From Stegostoma tigrinum (lineage: Eukaryota), in the NCBI RefSeq assembly GCF_030684315.1, contig NC_081391.1:13803342-13867341 (forward strand): DNA of 64,000 bases, read 5' to 3'. Position 1 is the first letter of the stretch; each line of letters begins with the position of its first letter. Of the stretch, positions 37,625 through 50,726 are shown piece by piece. Under the pieces are notes generated by a model, which saw only the letters and a program-made list of their open reading frames with translations, searched no databases and was not told where the DNA came from. A program made the translations under genes and the position numbers.

Positions 37625-39690
37625 TGTGGCCTGGAGTACTGTCTGCTTGTCTGAATGCATTCCCCACTTCACCCTGGCCAATCTGTCTCCTTCCAGGGAG
37701 AAAGGACTTGGAGCAAAGAATGTAATGGCTGTACCAGCTGAATGGAGATGAATAAAATGATCTCTTGATCTCAGTTACTGTGCATCATTTTGAACCCATT
37801 GAGGCCTCTCTTTGGTCAAGCAAGCTTTCTTGCCTTAGTTCACCACTGCTTTTCCCCAACCCCCGTGGACAGACTCCAGGCCTATGGGAGCCAGTTCGAG
37901 TTCAAATGGGGCCTGTGACCTACCCTTAGTACAGCCATCAACTGGTGGCCCTGCTGACCAGTTCACTTTGTCACTGAAGTCTGCTGCTCCTCCCAGGGGC
38001 CCTTGGGTTTTTCTAAACTATCTTGGTTCAACTGCATAGATTTGTCTTTCCCCAGAAGGAATCCAAAATTCCTTCAAGTGGCTTCCTCAGTTTTTTGCTT
38101 TCTTTCCTTCGCCCCAGGCTCAGTCCCTCCCCATAACTGGAAGTCCACCAGCCCTGAGCTGGGGAAATTCAGCCCAAACATTCTGAACAGTCACATTCCA
38201 GAGAATCATCTCCAGTTTCTCTGGGGCTACTTGATTGATAGTGGATGCTCTTGATACCATAAATACAACGATTGGTGACCTGGGGCTTGGATGATAGCCC
38301 ACGGTTCAAAATACTCACATTTGGTTTAAGCTTGCAGCTACAACTGGCCTCTGACTGTTGAAGGGTTTGTACAAAAAGCTGCTGCCTTGGTTCTTGGAAC
38401 CTTTCCATGGGCTGATGAAATTTTTTTTGACCCAGTGAGGGAGCAGGGATTTCTGGCAAAGGTGGGGACTGTCTCCTTCAGTCAAGATGCCTGGACATGC
38501 TGACTTTCCTGTACAACTGTTTCCTTGATCATTCAAGGTGTCAGATCATGGGTTAGGGAGGGGGTGACCAGAGACAGCCCAGAGATTGTTGTGAGTTTTC
38601 GCGCAAGTGCACACTGTAGCCTTTAGCCAGAGTGTGGGTCATTAAGGTGCTGAATATATTTGTTTTGTTTGCCCCATATCCCTCAACCATGCCTTTCCCT
38701 GGAAATCACCAAGTGTCTTTTAACAACGGTAATTGCACCCACTTCTCCTGCTTCGTATAACAGCTCATTCTTTACATAAACCATTTTCTGTGGGAAAAGC
38801 TCTTCCACCACCACACCCACCCACCCCCCCCCCCCCCCCCCCACCCCCCAACCCCACATGCCTGTGTGTGAAAACATTACCCCTACCACCTCTAGTTTTG
38901 GACTCCCCTACCATGTCCCAGCATGCTTTATATATACAGTCGATCTTGAGTGTGTCAATGGCAAGGCTACATTTAGTGCTCAGCAACTGTTACACTCCAG
39001 AAGGTGGTGATGAGCTGGTCATTACAGTCCATCTGGTGTAGGAGAGACTGGAATGATGATGCTGCTGAGGAGGGGCTTCTGGGATTTTCATTCACAAACA
39101 GGGATATTTTCCCAAGTCAGGATGGTGACAGACTTACATGGAGCTCCATTGCATGTTGTTGGTGCTGCCTCCAGCCAGAACATTGAAAACTGTTCCAGCA
39201 TTACTCACTCCTAACTTCAGTCTTATTGATGGTGGACCGGCTTTGGAATGTTACAAGTTGCGTAATCACAACAGAATTCCCTGCCTCTGACTTCCCAATT
39301 TTTGAGTTGTTCACTCTACAGAATGCAATGAAAACTGTAACAGATACTGTCACCTTGGAAACATGCTGGCGTTAAGCGCTGATTCAACTTCAACAATGAA
39401 AAACCAAACATGGAGACAGAAATGTTCAACGTGCGATACGTTTCTAGCAGCAGCTGAGACACAGAACCCTGAGGCCTACTGTGTGTAAGAGGCACTCAGC
39501 ACATTTAGCATCTTGCTTTTTCCAAGTGGGCTTCATGCGACCCTAAGTCACGCTGATCACAGCAGATTCAGAATGGATCTACAAAGGACATCGGTTGCCT
39601 GTATCAGACGATCCAAAAGCACGTTATTCTGTTGCTGCACAGAAATAGGAAAATGTTCATATCAACCAAATCAGGGCATTTTACAAAGAT

Positions 39691-41149
39691 GAGGATTGCA
39701 AATGTCATTCCCCTGTTCAGAGGATAGCAAATGTGGTTCCCCTGTGCAAGAAGGGGAGTAGAGACAACCCTGGTAATTGTAGACCAGTCAGCCTTATCTC
39801 AGTTGTTGGGAAAGTGTTGAAAAAGTTTATAAGGGATAGGATTTATAATTATCTAGAAAAGAATAAATTGGTTAGGGATAGTCAGCACGGTTTTGTGAAG
39901 GGAAGGTCGTGCCTCACAAACCTTATTGAGTTCTTTCAGAAGGTGAGCAAACAGGTATTTGAGAGTAAACCGGTTGATGTGGTGCATATGGATTTCAGCA
40001 AGTCGTTCGATAAGGTTCGCCACAGTCGGCTATTGTACAAAATGCGGAGGAATGGAATTGTGGGAGATATAGCAGTTTGGATCGGAAATTGGCTTGCTGA
40101 AAGAAGACAGAGGGTGGTAGTTGATGGGAAATGTTCATCCTGGAGACCAGTTACTAGTGGTGTACTGCAAGGGTCGGTGTTGGGTCCACTGCTGTTTGTC
40201 ATTTTTATAAATGACCTGGATGAGTTTGTAGAAGGATGGGTTAGTAAATTTGCAGATGACACTAAGGTCAGTGGAGTTGTGGACAGTGACGAAGGATGCT
40301 GTAGGTCGCAGAGAGACATAGATAAGCTGCAGAGCTGGGCTGAGAAGTGGCAAATGGAGTTTAATGCAGACAGGTGTGAGGTGATGCACTTTTGTAGGAG
40401 TAACTGGAAGGCAAAGTACAGGGCTAATGGTAAGATTCTTGGTGGTGTGGATGAGCAGAGAGATCTCGGTGTCCATGTACACAGATCCTTGAAAGTTGCC
40501 ACCCAGGTTGACAGGGTGGTTTAGAAGGCATACAATGTTTTGGCTTTTATTAATAGAGGGATTGAGTTCCAGAACCAAGAGGTTATGGCGAAGCTGTACA
40601 AAACTCTGGTTAGGCCGCACTTGGAGTATTGTGTACAGTTCTGGTCACCCCATTATAAGAAGGATGTAGAAGCTTTGGAAAGGGTGCAGAGGAGATTTAC
40701 TAGGATGTTGCCTGGTATGGAGGGAAGGTCTTACGAGGAAATGCTGAGGGACTTGAGGCTGTTTTCATTCGAGAGAAGAAGGCTGAGAGGTGACTTAATT
40801 GAAACATATAAAATATTTAGATGGTTGGATAAGGAGAGCCTTTTTCCTCGGATGGTGACAGCGAGCACGAGGGGGCATTGCTTTAAATTGAGGTGTGAAC
40901 GATATAGGACAGATTTCAGAGGTAGTTTCTCTACTCAGAGTAGTGAGGGAATGGAACGCTTTGCCTGCAACGGTAGTAGATTCACCAACTTGAGGTACAT
41001 TTCAGTCGTCATTGGACGAGCATATGGACGTACATGGAATAGTGTAGGTTAGATGGGCTCCATATCGGTATGACTGGTCGGCACAACATCGAGGGCCGAA
41101 GGGCCTGTACTGTGCTGTAATGTTCTATGTTTTATGTTCTATATTCTAT
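39691..41149 (+). mobile_element. 5'-truncated CR1 LINE upstream of copy 6 (same insertion as copy 3)
   Basis: ORFs 39733-40524 and 40540-41052 with RT motifs incl. FADD; internal TAG; identical junctions to 13611-15061. Confidence 0.95.
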
Positions 41150-41319
41150 GGCTCCAACACCAACGTTCAAAAGTTATGACGACTATTCCCTCAGATTAAC
41201 AATCCGACGAAATTGTGCAAATCTGTGATGACTGAGTCTTAACGCACAACCTCAGATACACAAGTGAAGGTTTAGAGTATATTTTATTGTCATTTTCTGG
41301 CAAATACATTTACAGAATG

Positions 41320-41525
41320 TGCACTTGTACAGGAGGTCAAAGCTCATTCAGCAATTCCATCATCGACCAGTTGTCAACCGTGATTCGTTTCTGGATCCAA
41401 TTCCCATCCTGCACTGATTGGACGTGGCAGCTGATCAATTGATTAACAAGAGTGATTGGCCATCACTGATGTCATTTCCTGCTTCATAAAAAGAGGGTCT
41501 GCCCCTGGGGTATAAATAGAGTCCC
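41320..41525 (+). promoter_or_regulatory. Proximal promoter of copy 6
   Basis: AGGTCAAAGCTCA 41334-41346, GATTGG boxes, TATAAATA 41511. Confidence 0.65.
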
Positions 41526-41603
41526 ACGGGAATGATGTTGATTGTTCTTCCTAATTTTGTTATTTTGGTGGTGAGGAAAATAAAAGAAATTTATTGTCAC
41601 AAG

Positions 41604-44600
41604 ATAGTTCTGACTGATCTGGGAGGCCATCACCAGGATTGTGAAGCTGCTGTCAACAAGCAGATTAATGTGGAGCTCACTGCCTCCTATCTCTATCAGT
41701 CTTTGGTGAGTGCTGTCTCTCGGGGTTAAACATATAAATCTGTTCTGTTGAAGTAAATTCTTTGCCTGGCCTCTAGTGAAGCTGACAATCTAGTAGATTG
41801 AGGTTTTGTGGCTCCTACCTAAATATCAGTTCAGGATAGAGGTGGTGTTACTATCACGATGGTGTAGGATACTGATGTATGTTAACTCAGGTCCCAGTTG
41901 GCCTTCAGTGGTATCTGGAGGGTAAAAGCCTCTTGCTTTTGTTTTCTTTCTGACACAAGTTTCCTGACTTCATTTGCCTGATCTCTGTGGTGGTCCTAAA
42001 CAAACATGCTGATTTTTTTTAACACTGACAATAACAATAACTTCCCTGTTGCAGTGGCCCTTGTTAGTCTGAACAAACCTGAGGCTAGTCTGTGACTGGT
42101 ATCTATTTTATGTGGATCTCCTTCATTGAGGCGGACTTGGCTTTACTTGTATTTATTCAAGAGGTGGGTGTGGCCTATCCCGTCCCTACTGAGAGTGGAT
42201 CTGCTGTGTGTGAGAAATGTTGGATCCCCTCTCCACCCCACCCCACCCCACACTGGGGCTGCAGGAATGTGCTGAGGCGATTAGCCCAGTGACATTGAAG
42301 AAATGGAGGTTGTTCCCATATCATTTAGCTTGACCTAAAACAAAATGTCCCCTCTATCCTGGTGGTGATGTGACTGTGCCCTTCCAAGGAGTAGAATGTG
42401 CTTGGAAGGTCTGTGTTGAAGTAACCTTGGTGAGTGCTGCAGGGGACCTGGTAGGTCATGGACCCTGAAAGGAGGTGGTGAATGCAGTCCCCATGAAGTG
42501 GGCTGCCCTGTCCTGGATGGTGTCTGCTTCTTGCATGTTGTAGCTCCCCTTCTACAGACACATGGGGAATATTCATCTCCCTCTGGGCTTGTGCCTATTG
42601 GAAGGAAGTTGTCTTGTAATGAGGACTAAGTCCCTATAAGCCTCACTTGGGAGGTGGGACCGCTTTATTGGTGAGCCAGTTGTTGGGGTTTAATCACTGT
42701 GTCCCACCTCTACTGGCACATGCTTCCCAAGGATAAAATCCCGACTATCTTCTGCCACAACTTGTAACTACCCACTGAAACCACAGATATTTGCTTGCCT
42801 GAGTGTGGTTTTTGGATTTGAGGATTCAAGTAACTTTTCAGGAGTCCTTCACCAGAATGCAACTCTTAGCTGATGCTTCCAATAGCGAGCATTAGCTCTT
42901 AAACCCTTGCATCGAATTGTGAACGTGACAGTTTAGATATGAGTCACATGGGCTGAAAACCGACAAGATTTTTTGCCTGTTTGGGTAAAGTCAGGGGAAG
43001 TGTTTTTCCAGGTTACTGTTTTCACTCGTGACGTTATCTACAGGCCACTAATAGTTGACATTTGATCATTTGTTTTGCAATTTGTTTCAGTCATGTGACT
43101 TGGTGCAAGCTTTTGACAGCCTGAGTTTGCACTATTTAGGCAGAGCAATAACCCACTGCTGCAACGATCCAAAGGCTGTTACTGGGCAGGCTTTCCTCGG
43201 CATTATCTTAGTGCCAAACTCCAAACTGGAGACAGCACACCTTTGTAGAGTTCATGTGTACACTTACATCCCAATCTCATTGATCCTGGGTTTGCAGAAA
43301 ACATGCTCCCTACTAGTCGTTGACTACAGCAGGGTTTCAACATCTTTTTTTCCAGTTTTCCCCAAAGGCAAAACATAGTACCTTGCGTCTTGTAGTTGAG
43401 AACTGGAATGGGGAGTGAGCCAGTGATGTCTGATGTAATTTTAACTTGATCTTCCAGATGTCCTACTTTGACCGGGATGATGTTGCCCTCGCCCATGTCT
43501 CCCGGTTCTTCAAAGATCAGTCCCAGGAGAAGCGGGAACATGTAGAAAAGCTGCTGAAATTCCAGAATCAGCGTGGAGGCCGAGTCCTCCTCCAGGATGT
43601 GAAGGTTGGGGTTGGGTGGTGGGGGAGTGCAGGGGGGAATGGCTGCTCTTGCGGTGTCATCTCCAGTGACAAGATTTTCAGATCCTGAGCGAGTGTGAGA
43701 AGTTCTTTTGCTTGGCTTCCCTGTTTGCTCTCCTCCATCTCCAGTGTTTCAGCATTTATGCAAGCCCTCTGGTCCACCAGGCCTATGCTGACCCAGCAAA
43801 GACCGAACTGTACTCACCCTGTTCTTGGTCCAGGCCCTACTATACCCTAGTGTTTAGCACTCGCCCAGCTAGTCCTTTAAACAGTGCTGCAGTAGCCGTT
43901 TCCAGCACTTTGTTCTTCCGTTCCCCAACACACCCACCAAATTTCCTCCAATCCCCTCTATCCTTCTTCCTCAAACCTGTGCCCTCTGGTCTTAGTGTCT
44001 GCCATGGGGAAGACATTTTCCCCATCTACTGTCCAGACTTCCTTGTCTTCCATCAAACAACCACCTCAGCCTCACCTGCTCAAAGAAAATCCCCCAGCCC
44101 ATCCAATCTCTCTCCTCAATGGATTTTCTGTCGTGGGGAAACAACCTGGGGACCCTCACCAGCACCCCCTGCAGTACCATCCTGTCCTTCTGACTAGTGA
44201 GGACAACGATAGAATGCAGCAGAGGCCGGAAGAAGAATTTTCATAAAATGTGTTCAAAGGACTTGTTCCTGTGCTGTTCCTCACAACCCTGCCCCAAACT
44301 AACACATGTTACTTGGCCTATGTCCCCTTTCACACACAGTTTGCCTTGTGTGAGCATTGAGGGATCGATGATCCTGTGTTTATTGTAAGCACATTACTGC
44401 CCCCCACAATGAATTCAAGTCATGATGGTTCTGACCATGCTGCTCGGGCATGTATGAGGCCACAAGCACAAGTGAGACTTGAACCTCAGCCTTGTCAACC
44501 GAAGCTTGGGACACGACCGCTACTTCCCCCACAGCCCTTGGGATTCACTCCTGAATATCCTTTTTAAGACTCCAGCAGATGGACACTGGTGCAAATGACT

Positions 44601-45757
44601 AATCTGGTACATATTTATTCCCTGTGGTACAAGGATACGTTCCTGAGCTTCCGGCTTCAGGTCAAGGATAAATGGGGCAAGGTGAAAGGAGTCACCAAGT
44701 AGCTAATGTTTTCTTTATCTGGACTTCAGGGATGGCACAGTGGCTCAGTGGTTGGCACTGTTGACTCAGTGCCAGGGGCACCAGTTTGGTTCTGGCCTGT
44801 GACAAGAATTTAAACGTTATCCCAAAGCATGGCTTCCCCACACAGTAGAAAAGAGGATTGGCAACTTGAAATGCAGGTTACACGAACAGGGTGGGAATGG
44901 GACCAGATGGGATGCTCTTCAGCAGTTATGGTCTCAATGGGGTGAATGGCCAGCTCCCATGCTGCAGGGATTCTGTTTCTGAAGCTTACCTGTCCTTCTC
45001 TCCATCCCCAGAAGCCAGAGAGGGATGAGTGGGCTAACAGTCTGCAGGCAATGCAGGTTGCCCTGAATCTGGAGAAGAATGTGAACCAGAGTTTGCTGGA
45101 TCTACACCAACTCGCCACAGCCCAGACTGACCCTCATGTAAGCTTCACCTCCTCATTCACATCACTGCTAGACCCTCAGGGTAACATTTCATTGGTTGGT
45201 CTGTGTGGATTGGAAATTCACTGATGTAACACTTTCCATCCATTACTTTCCTGAACTATTGTAACATTGTAATCAGTATGATCCCAAGTGATCAATGAGG
45301 TATAAGGGGAATTTGATCTATAATCTAGTGGAAGTGCTGAAATGACGTTGGCCACTGAGTTCTTCATTAGTATCATTGCAGTGGAATGATCATTGTCCAT
45401 CACAATCCAACTCAGCTCCATTTCACAAACAGCAAGATGGAGCAGCTGACATGTTGTCCTCACTGGCACAAATTCTCCAGGTGTTAGCTCGCTTTTCAGG
45501 GCTGTCCAGAGCTAGTCATGGCTAAGTCTGTCTTGCAGAGGGAATTCTGAAATTGTCTTGGATAGTATAAATGTACCAAGTGTCATATTCCTCTGTTGCA
45601 GCTGTGTGACTTCCTGGAGACTCACTATTTGGATGAGGAGGTGGAGATCATCAAGCAACTCGGGGACTACATCACCAACCTGAAGCGCCTGGGAGCCCCT
45701 GAGAATGGGATGGGAGAGTACCTGTTTGACAGGCTCTCCCTGGAGGACAGCAGTTAG
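41604..45757 (+). pseudogene. Ferritin copy 6 (type B), start codon destroyed by micro-inversion; otherwise open
   Basis: Exon 1 41604-41705 begins ATAGTTCTGACTGATCTGGGAGGCCAT, the exact reverse complement of the normal ATGGCCTCCCAGATCAGTCAGAACTAT. Exons 43458-43604, 45012-45137 and 45602-45757 are intact. In-frame upstream ATGs at 41532/41535 could rescue translation. Confidence 0.75.
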
Positions 45758-47956
45758 TGTGGCCTGGAGTACTGTCTGCTTGTTCTGAATGCATTCCCCA
45801 CTTCACCCTGGGCAATCTGGCTCCATCCAGGGAGAAGGGACTTGTAGCAAACAATGTAATGGCTGTACCAGCTGAATGGGAATGAATAAAATGTATTGAT
45901 GTTGCTTATTGTCCATCATTGAGACCCTTGATATTAAAGAGCTTTTGAGAGCTTCAAGCCTGTAATTTTGGCTAATGAAATTATCAATAATTTGACAAAA
46001 TATTTCCCTGGTCTTCTCTCCAACACACCCCCGCCTCAGTCTCGGAAATCCCGAGGAACTTCCTCTGTTATGAATCAAAGTTATTCCTCCAGCCAGAGCA
46101 TGAGGTTGGGGCCTGTGGGGTGTAAAATCACTTTGTACTATTATCTCACACCCAGGAATGATGAATACACGTGCAGCTAAAATTTTGTATTGTTTTCAAA
46201 AGAGAAAACACGCCTGCATGTGCAAAAGAAAGACTTGACACCCACTTTCAGAGAAACAGGGCTGTTGAATGCTTATTTTCATGTCTAGCTTGCATAGCAA
46301 TAGCTTCCCTGTCAACCTCCACCAACCTAGACTGATGCTAAAGTCAACTGAAATCACAAGTTGATGCCAACATAAATTATGTGCCGGCTGGCTCAGCTTG
46401 CCTCAACAAGAGCTTAAGGGAAGAGATCCATCAGCGACCCCTCTCTAGCCTTGTGGAGGAGCCAGCAATGCTGGGAGCAATAATATTAAACTTAGCAACT
46501 GGGGTCTGCCACACCTGGTCTATTCTACTCGAATCATTTTTATGACTTTGTGCTGAGAGTGCATCCTAGAACTTGAGGTTGGGGCCTGTGGGCAGGAAAA
46601 TCACTTTTTGCGATTATCTCACAGCACGTACAATGAATACACATGCAGTTAAGATTCTCGGTGAGCCAGTTGAGGTTCAAGCCAAGACCAGCCGTGTGCC
46701 CTGCTGACCACCGCCACCAACTGCCTGCCTCAGGACAGCCATCAGCAGTTGCTCACAGTGACCAGTTCATTTGTTCCTTCGCCTGAGGAATATGTGCTGC
46801 TCTCCCCGGGGATGTGGATTAAATACCCATTGTAGCTCGACAAGAGAATTCACACGGGGGGAACCGTTTGCCATGAGTAATCCAAAGCTGTCCTAATGTG
46901 GCTTTGCTCCATTTACTTTCTTGCTCTCTGCCAAGTCTTGGTCAAAAACCCCACCACGCCTAGTAATAAACTTCAGGCCGGCCAGCCCAGAGCTGGGAAT
47001 ATTCAGCACAAGTCTGCTTGAAAAAATTCACCTGAGCTGGATGCACTTAATGGCACCTACAGCAGGATAATAGTGACCTGGGAATAACACAGCAACGCTC
47101 CTGGTTAAATGCTGCCATTTGATTGGCTCTTGCTGCTAAAGCCAGCATTGAGCGCACTAAGCTGCTCCCTTGGTTCCTCTGAGCTTCCCCCACGGGGAGG
47201 GTTACTCCTGATGCAGGTTGATTTCACCCGATCACATTGAAGGAGCAGTGTGACTCAGGGAGGAGAACTGGAGATGCTGACTTTCCTGAATGGCTGCTTC
47301 CTTTATCTTTCGAGGTGTCAGAGATCGTGGTTTAGGGTGGGGGCTGTCAGAGACATCCTGGGGAATGTTTCAGGGAGTTTTGCAGCGAGTGCACACTGCA
47401 GCCTTCACTGAGGTGTGGGTCTTTAAGGCACTGAATGTATTTGTTCCACCACATAAAGTGTTTTATTTTAAACAATCTTGAGTCTTGGCTGTAGAATCCC
47501 TGTCGTGCAGGAAGAGGTTTTTCAGCTCATTTCGTCTGCACTGATCCTCTGAACAGCATCTTGTTCAGACACACCCTGCCTTCTTACGCCATCTTTCCCA
47601 TGGCCAGTCCAAAATAAACTGCATGTCTTTGGACTGTGGGAGGAGGTCCACACAGGCACGGGGAGGATGTGCAGCCTCTACACGTGACTGGAATTGACCC
47701 CAGGTCCCTGGCACGAGGGTTCAGTAATGCTAACCATTAAAATACCCTGTTTGCATACAATTAGAGTTAATGACTCATTCCATATGCAAACAGACCCTTC
47801 GGCTACTCCAGCATTATTCCTAACTTCAGTCTTATCGATGGTGGACAGACTCTGAAAAGTCTGATGTAGAGTTATTCACAACAGAATTCCCAGACTCTGA
47901 CTTGGTCTCAAAGCCATGAGCTCATTAATTGGGATTGACCTTTGCCCATGGTTTCT

Positions 47957-49155
47957 TAGAAAATAGAACCTAGAACAGTACAGCACAGTTCAGGCCCTTC
48001 AGCCCACGATGATGTGCCGAACGTTTATCCTAAACCCAAGGCCTGTCTCACCTCCACTACTTTATGCTATCATCCATATGCTTATCTAATAGCCGCTTAA
48101 ATGCCCCTAACGAGGCCGACTCCACTACACTCTCCGGAAATGCAATCCATGCCCCGGCCACTCTCTGAGTAAAGAACCTACCTCTGACATCTCCTCTGTA
48201 TCTACCTCCACTCACTTCAAAACTATGCCCCCTCATAATAGCTAACTCCATCCTAGGAAAAAGTCTCTGGCTGTCTAATCTGCCTATACTTATGATCATT
48301 TTGTACACCTCTATCAAGTCACCTCTCATCCTTTGTTCTGAAGAGAAAAGCCCTCGTTCTCTCAACCTTTCCTCGTAAGACCTTCCCTCCATTCCAAGCA
48401 ACATCCTGGTAAATCTCCTCTGCACCTTTTCTAACGCTTCCACATCTTTGCTGGAATGAGGTGACCAGAACTGGACACAATACTCCAGATGTGGCCGAAC
48501 CAGGCTTTTGTCTAGCAGGAGCATAACTTCACAGCTCTTGAACTCAATCCCTCTATGAATGAAAGCTAACACACCACATGCCTTCTTAACAACTCTATCC
48601 ACCTGGCTGGCAGCTTTCAGGGAACTGTGGACATGAACCCCGAGATCCATCTGCTCCTCCACACTGCCAAGAATCTTTCCATTAACCCTGTATTCTGCTT
48701 TCAAATTTGTCCTTCCAAAATGAATCATTTACCAAAATCATAAATAGAAGAGGACCCCGAACAGACCCTTGAGGTACACCACTCATAACTGAGCACCATG
48801 TTGAATATTTTCAGTCAACTGTCACCCATGTCTTCCATGGGTCAGCCAATTCTGAATCCAATCTGCCTCATTTCCCCCGTCGCATGCCTCCTGACTTTCT
48901 GCCCGAGCCTGCCATGGGCAACCTGATCAAACGCCTTACTTCAATCCATGTATCCCACATTCACTGATCTACCTTCATTCACATGTTTGGTCATCACTTC
49001 AAAGAATTCAATCAGATTTGTGAGGCATGATGTGATCATTAATTCTGTTTCTTAGAGTCCTTCCCATTAATTTGCCAACCACTGGCATAAGACTAGCTGG
49101 CCTGTAATTTCCAGGGTTACCCCGATTCCCTTTTTTGAACACATGAATAATATTC
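47957..49155 (-). mobile_element. CR1 LINE fragment upstream of copy 7 (same insertion as copy 4, internal deletions)
   Basis: ORF 48057-48728; same flanks as 22422-23845. Confidence 0.93.
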
Positions 49156-49909
49156 ACATTTGTCCTTCAAAGCAAAAAGATAGCACTAGACTGCAACCTG
49201 CTATTTGAAGCAGATATTGAGTAAAAGTAACTTGCTTCCACCAGTCTGTACATCAGTGCTGTGATCATACTCGAACGTTCATTGGGGATCCTCAATTCCC
49301 AAAGCCTCACAGGCCACCAGTGCATGGGAGGCTGCTCCATTCAACGCAGTTGCTGAGCCATACATTCTACAGAATGTAATGTAAACAGGACCAGAAACTC
49401 TCCACTTGGAAACATGCTGGACTTAAGCTCTCGATCTACTTCAAACAATTAAAAATCAAACTTTGCGATAGAAAGTTTGCATGTGCTATACATTTCCAGC
49501 AGCAATGTAGACAGGGAGGTGTGAGGTCTACTATGCAGGAGAGGCACTCAGCACATTTAGCACCTTGCTTTTCAAACTGCACTTCATGAACCCAACGTCA
49601 AGGAGATCACAGCAGATTCAGAATGGATCCACAAAGGAATGAGCTTCCTGTATGAGGTAACCCAAAAGCACATTGTTTCTGTCGCTGCACAGCAATAAGA
49701 AAATGTTTATTGTTAACAAAATCTGGCCATTTTTCAATGGGCTCCAACGCTGTTATTCAACAAGTACAAAGACTAATCCCTCAGAGTAACAAACTGACAG
49801 AATTCTGCCAATCTGTGATCAGTGTGTCTTAAGATATAATCTCAGACACAATTGTGAACTTCTAGAGTATATTTTATTGTCATTTTCACAGAGAAATATT
49901 TCCAGAATT

Positions 49910-50112
49910 TGCACTTGTGCAGGAGGTCAAAGGTCATTCAGCAATTCCATCATCGACCAGTTGTCAATTCTGATCGTTTTCTGGATCCAATTCCCATCCT
50001 GCACTGATTGGACGTGGCAGCTGATCAATTGATTAACAAGAGTGATTGGCCATCACTGATGATGTCATTTCCTGCTTCATAAAATGAGAGTCTGCTCCTG
50101 GAGTATAAGTCA
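49910..50112 (+). promoter_or_regulatory. Proximal promoter of copy 7
   Basis: Perfect DR1 49924-49936, GATTGG boxes, weakened TATAAG at 50104. Confidence 0.55.
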
Positions 50113-50591
50113 TGCCCCAAGGACGTTATGTTTTTTTGTCTAGTTGATGTTGGTTCTAAATTGGTCACTTATGTCGTGAATAGAGTAAAACAAACTCCTC
50201 ATCACAAGATGGCCTCCCTGATTAGTCAGAACTATCACCAGGATTGTGAAGCTGCTGTCAACAAGCAGATTCATGTGGAGCTCACTGCCTCCTATCTCTA
50301 TCAGTCTTTGGTGAGTGTTGTCCCTAGGGGGTTAAAACTTGATCTATGTAGTTGCAGTAAATGGTTTCTCTTGAATTTAAATAACTGGACTCTCTCTGGT
50401 CGACTGAGTTTTGTGGTCCTTTCCTAAATATTAATTCAGGATAAGGGCAATGTTACTATACCAATGGGGTTTGATAATGATGTATTCTGAAGCTGGGTCC
50501 CAGTTGGCATTTGGAGATATGTGGAGGTTTAAGTGTCCCTGGAGATATTTGCCAGTTTTGATTGGCAGTAGATGTCATTCCCTCTAAGATT

Positions 50592-50726
50592 ACACAGCAG
50601 GCTGAGCAGGAAGGCTGATGTTTTGGGGCTTAACCCTTCTGAAGGTGTGTCTAGGCCCAAAACATCAGCTTTCCTGCTCCTTTGCTTGGCCTGATGTGTT
50701 CATTCAGCTCTACATCATTGTATCTC
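50592..50726. mobile_element. Palindromic Penelope pLTR-derived mini-element in intron 1 of copy 7
   Basis: GAGCAGGAAGGCTGATGTTTTGGGGC (from 50604) is an inverted repeat of GGCCCAAAACATCAGCTTTCCTGCTC (to 50679); the arms match the element end at 26240-26310. Confidence 0.7.
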
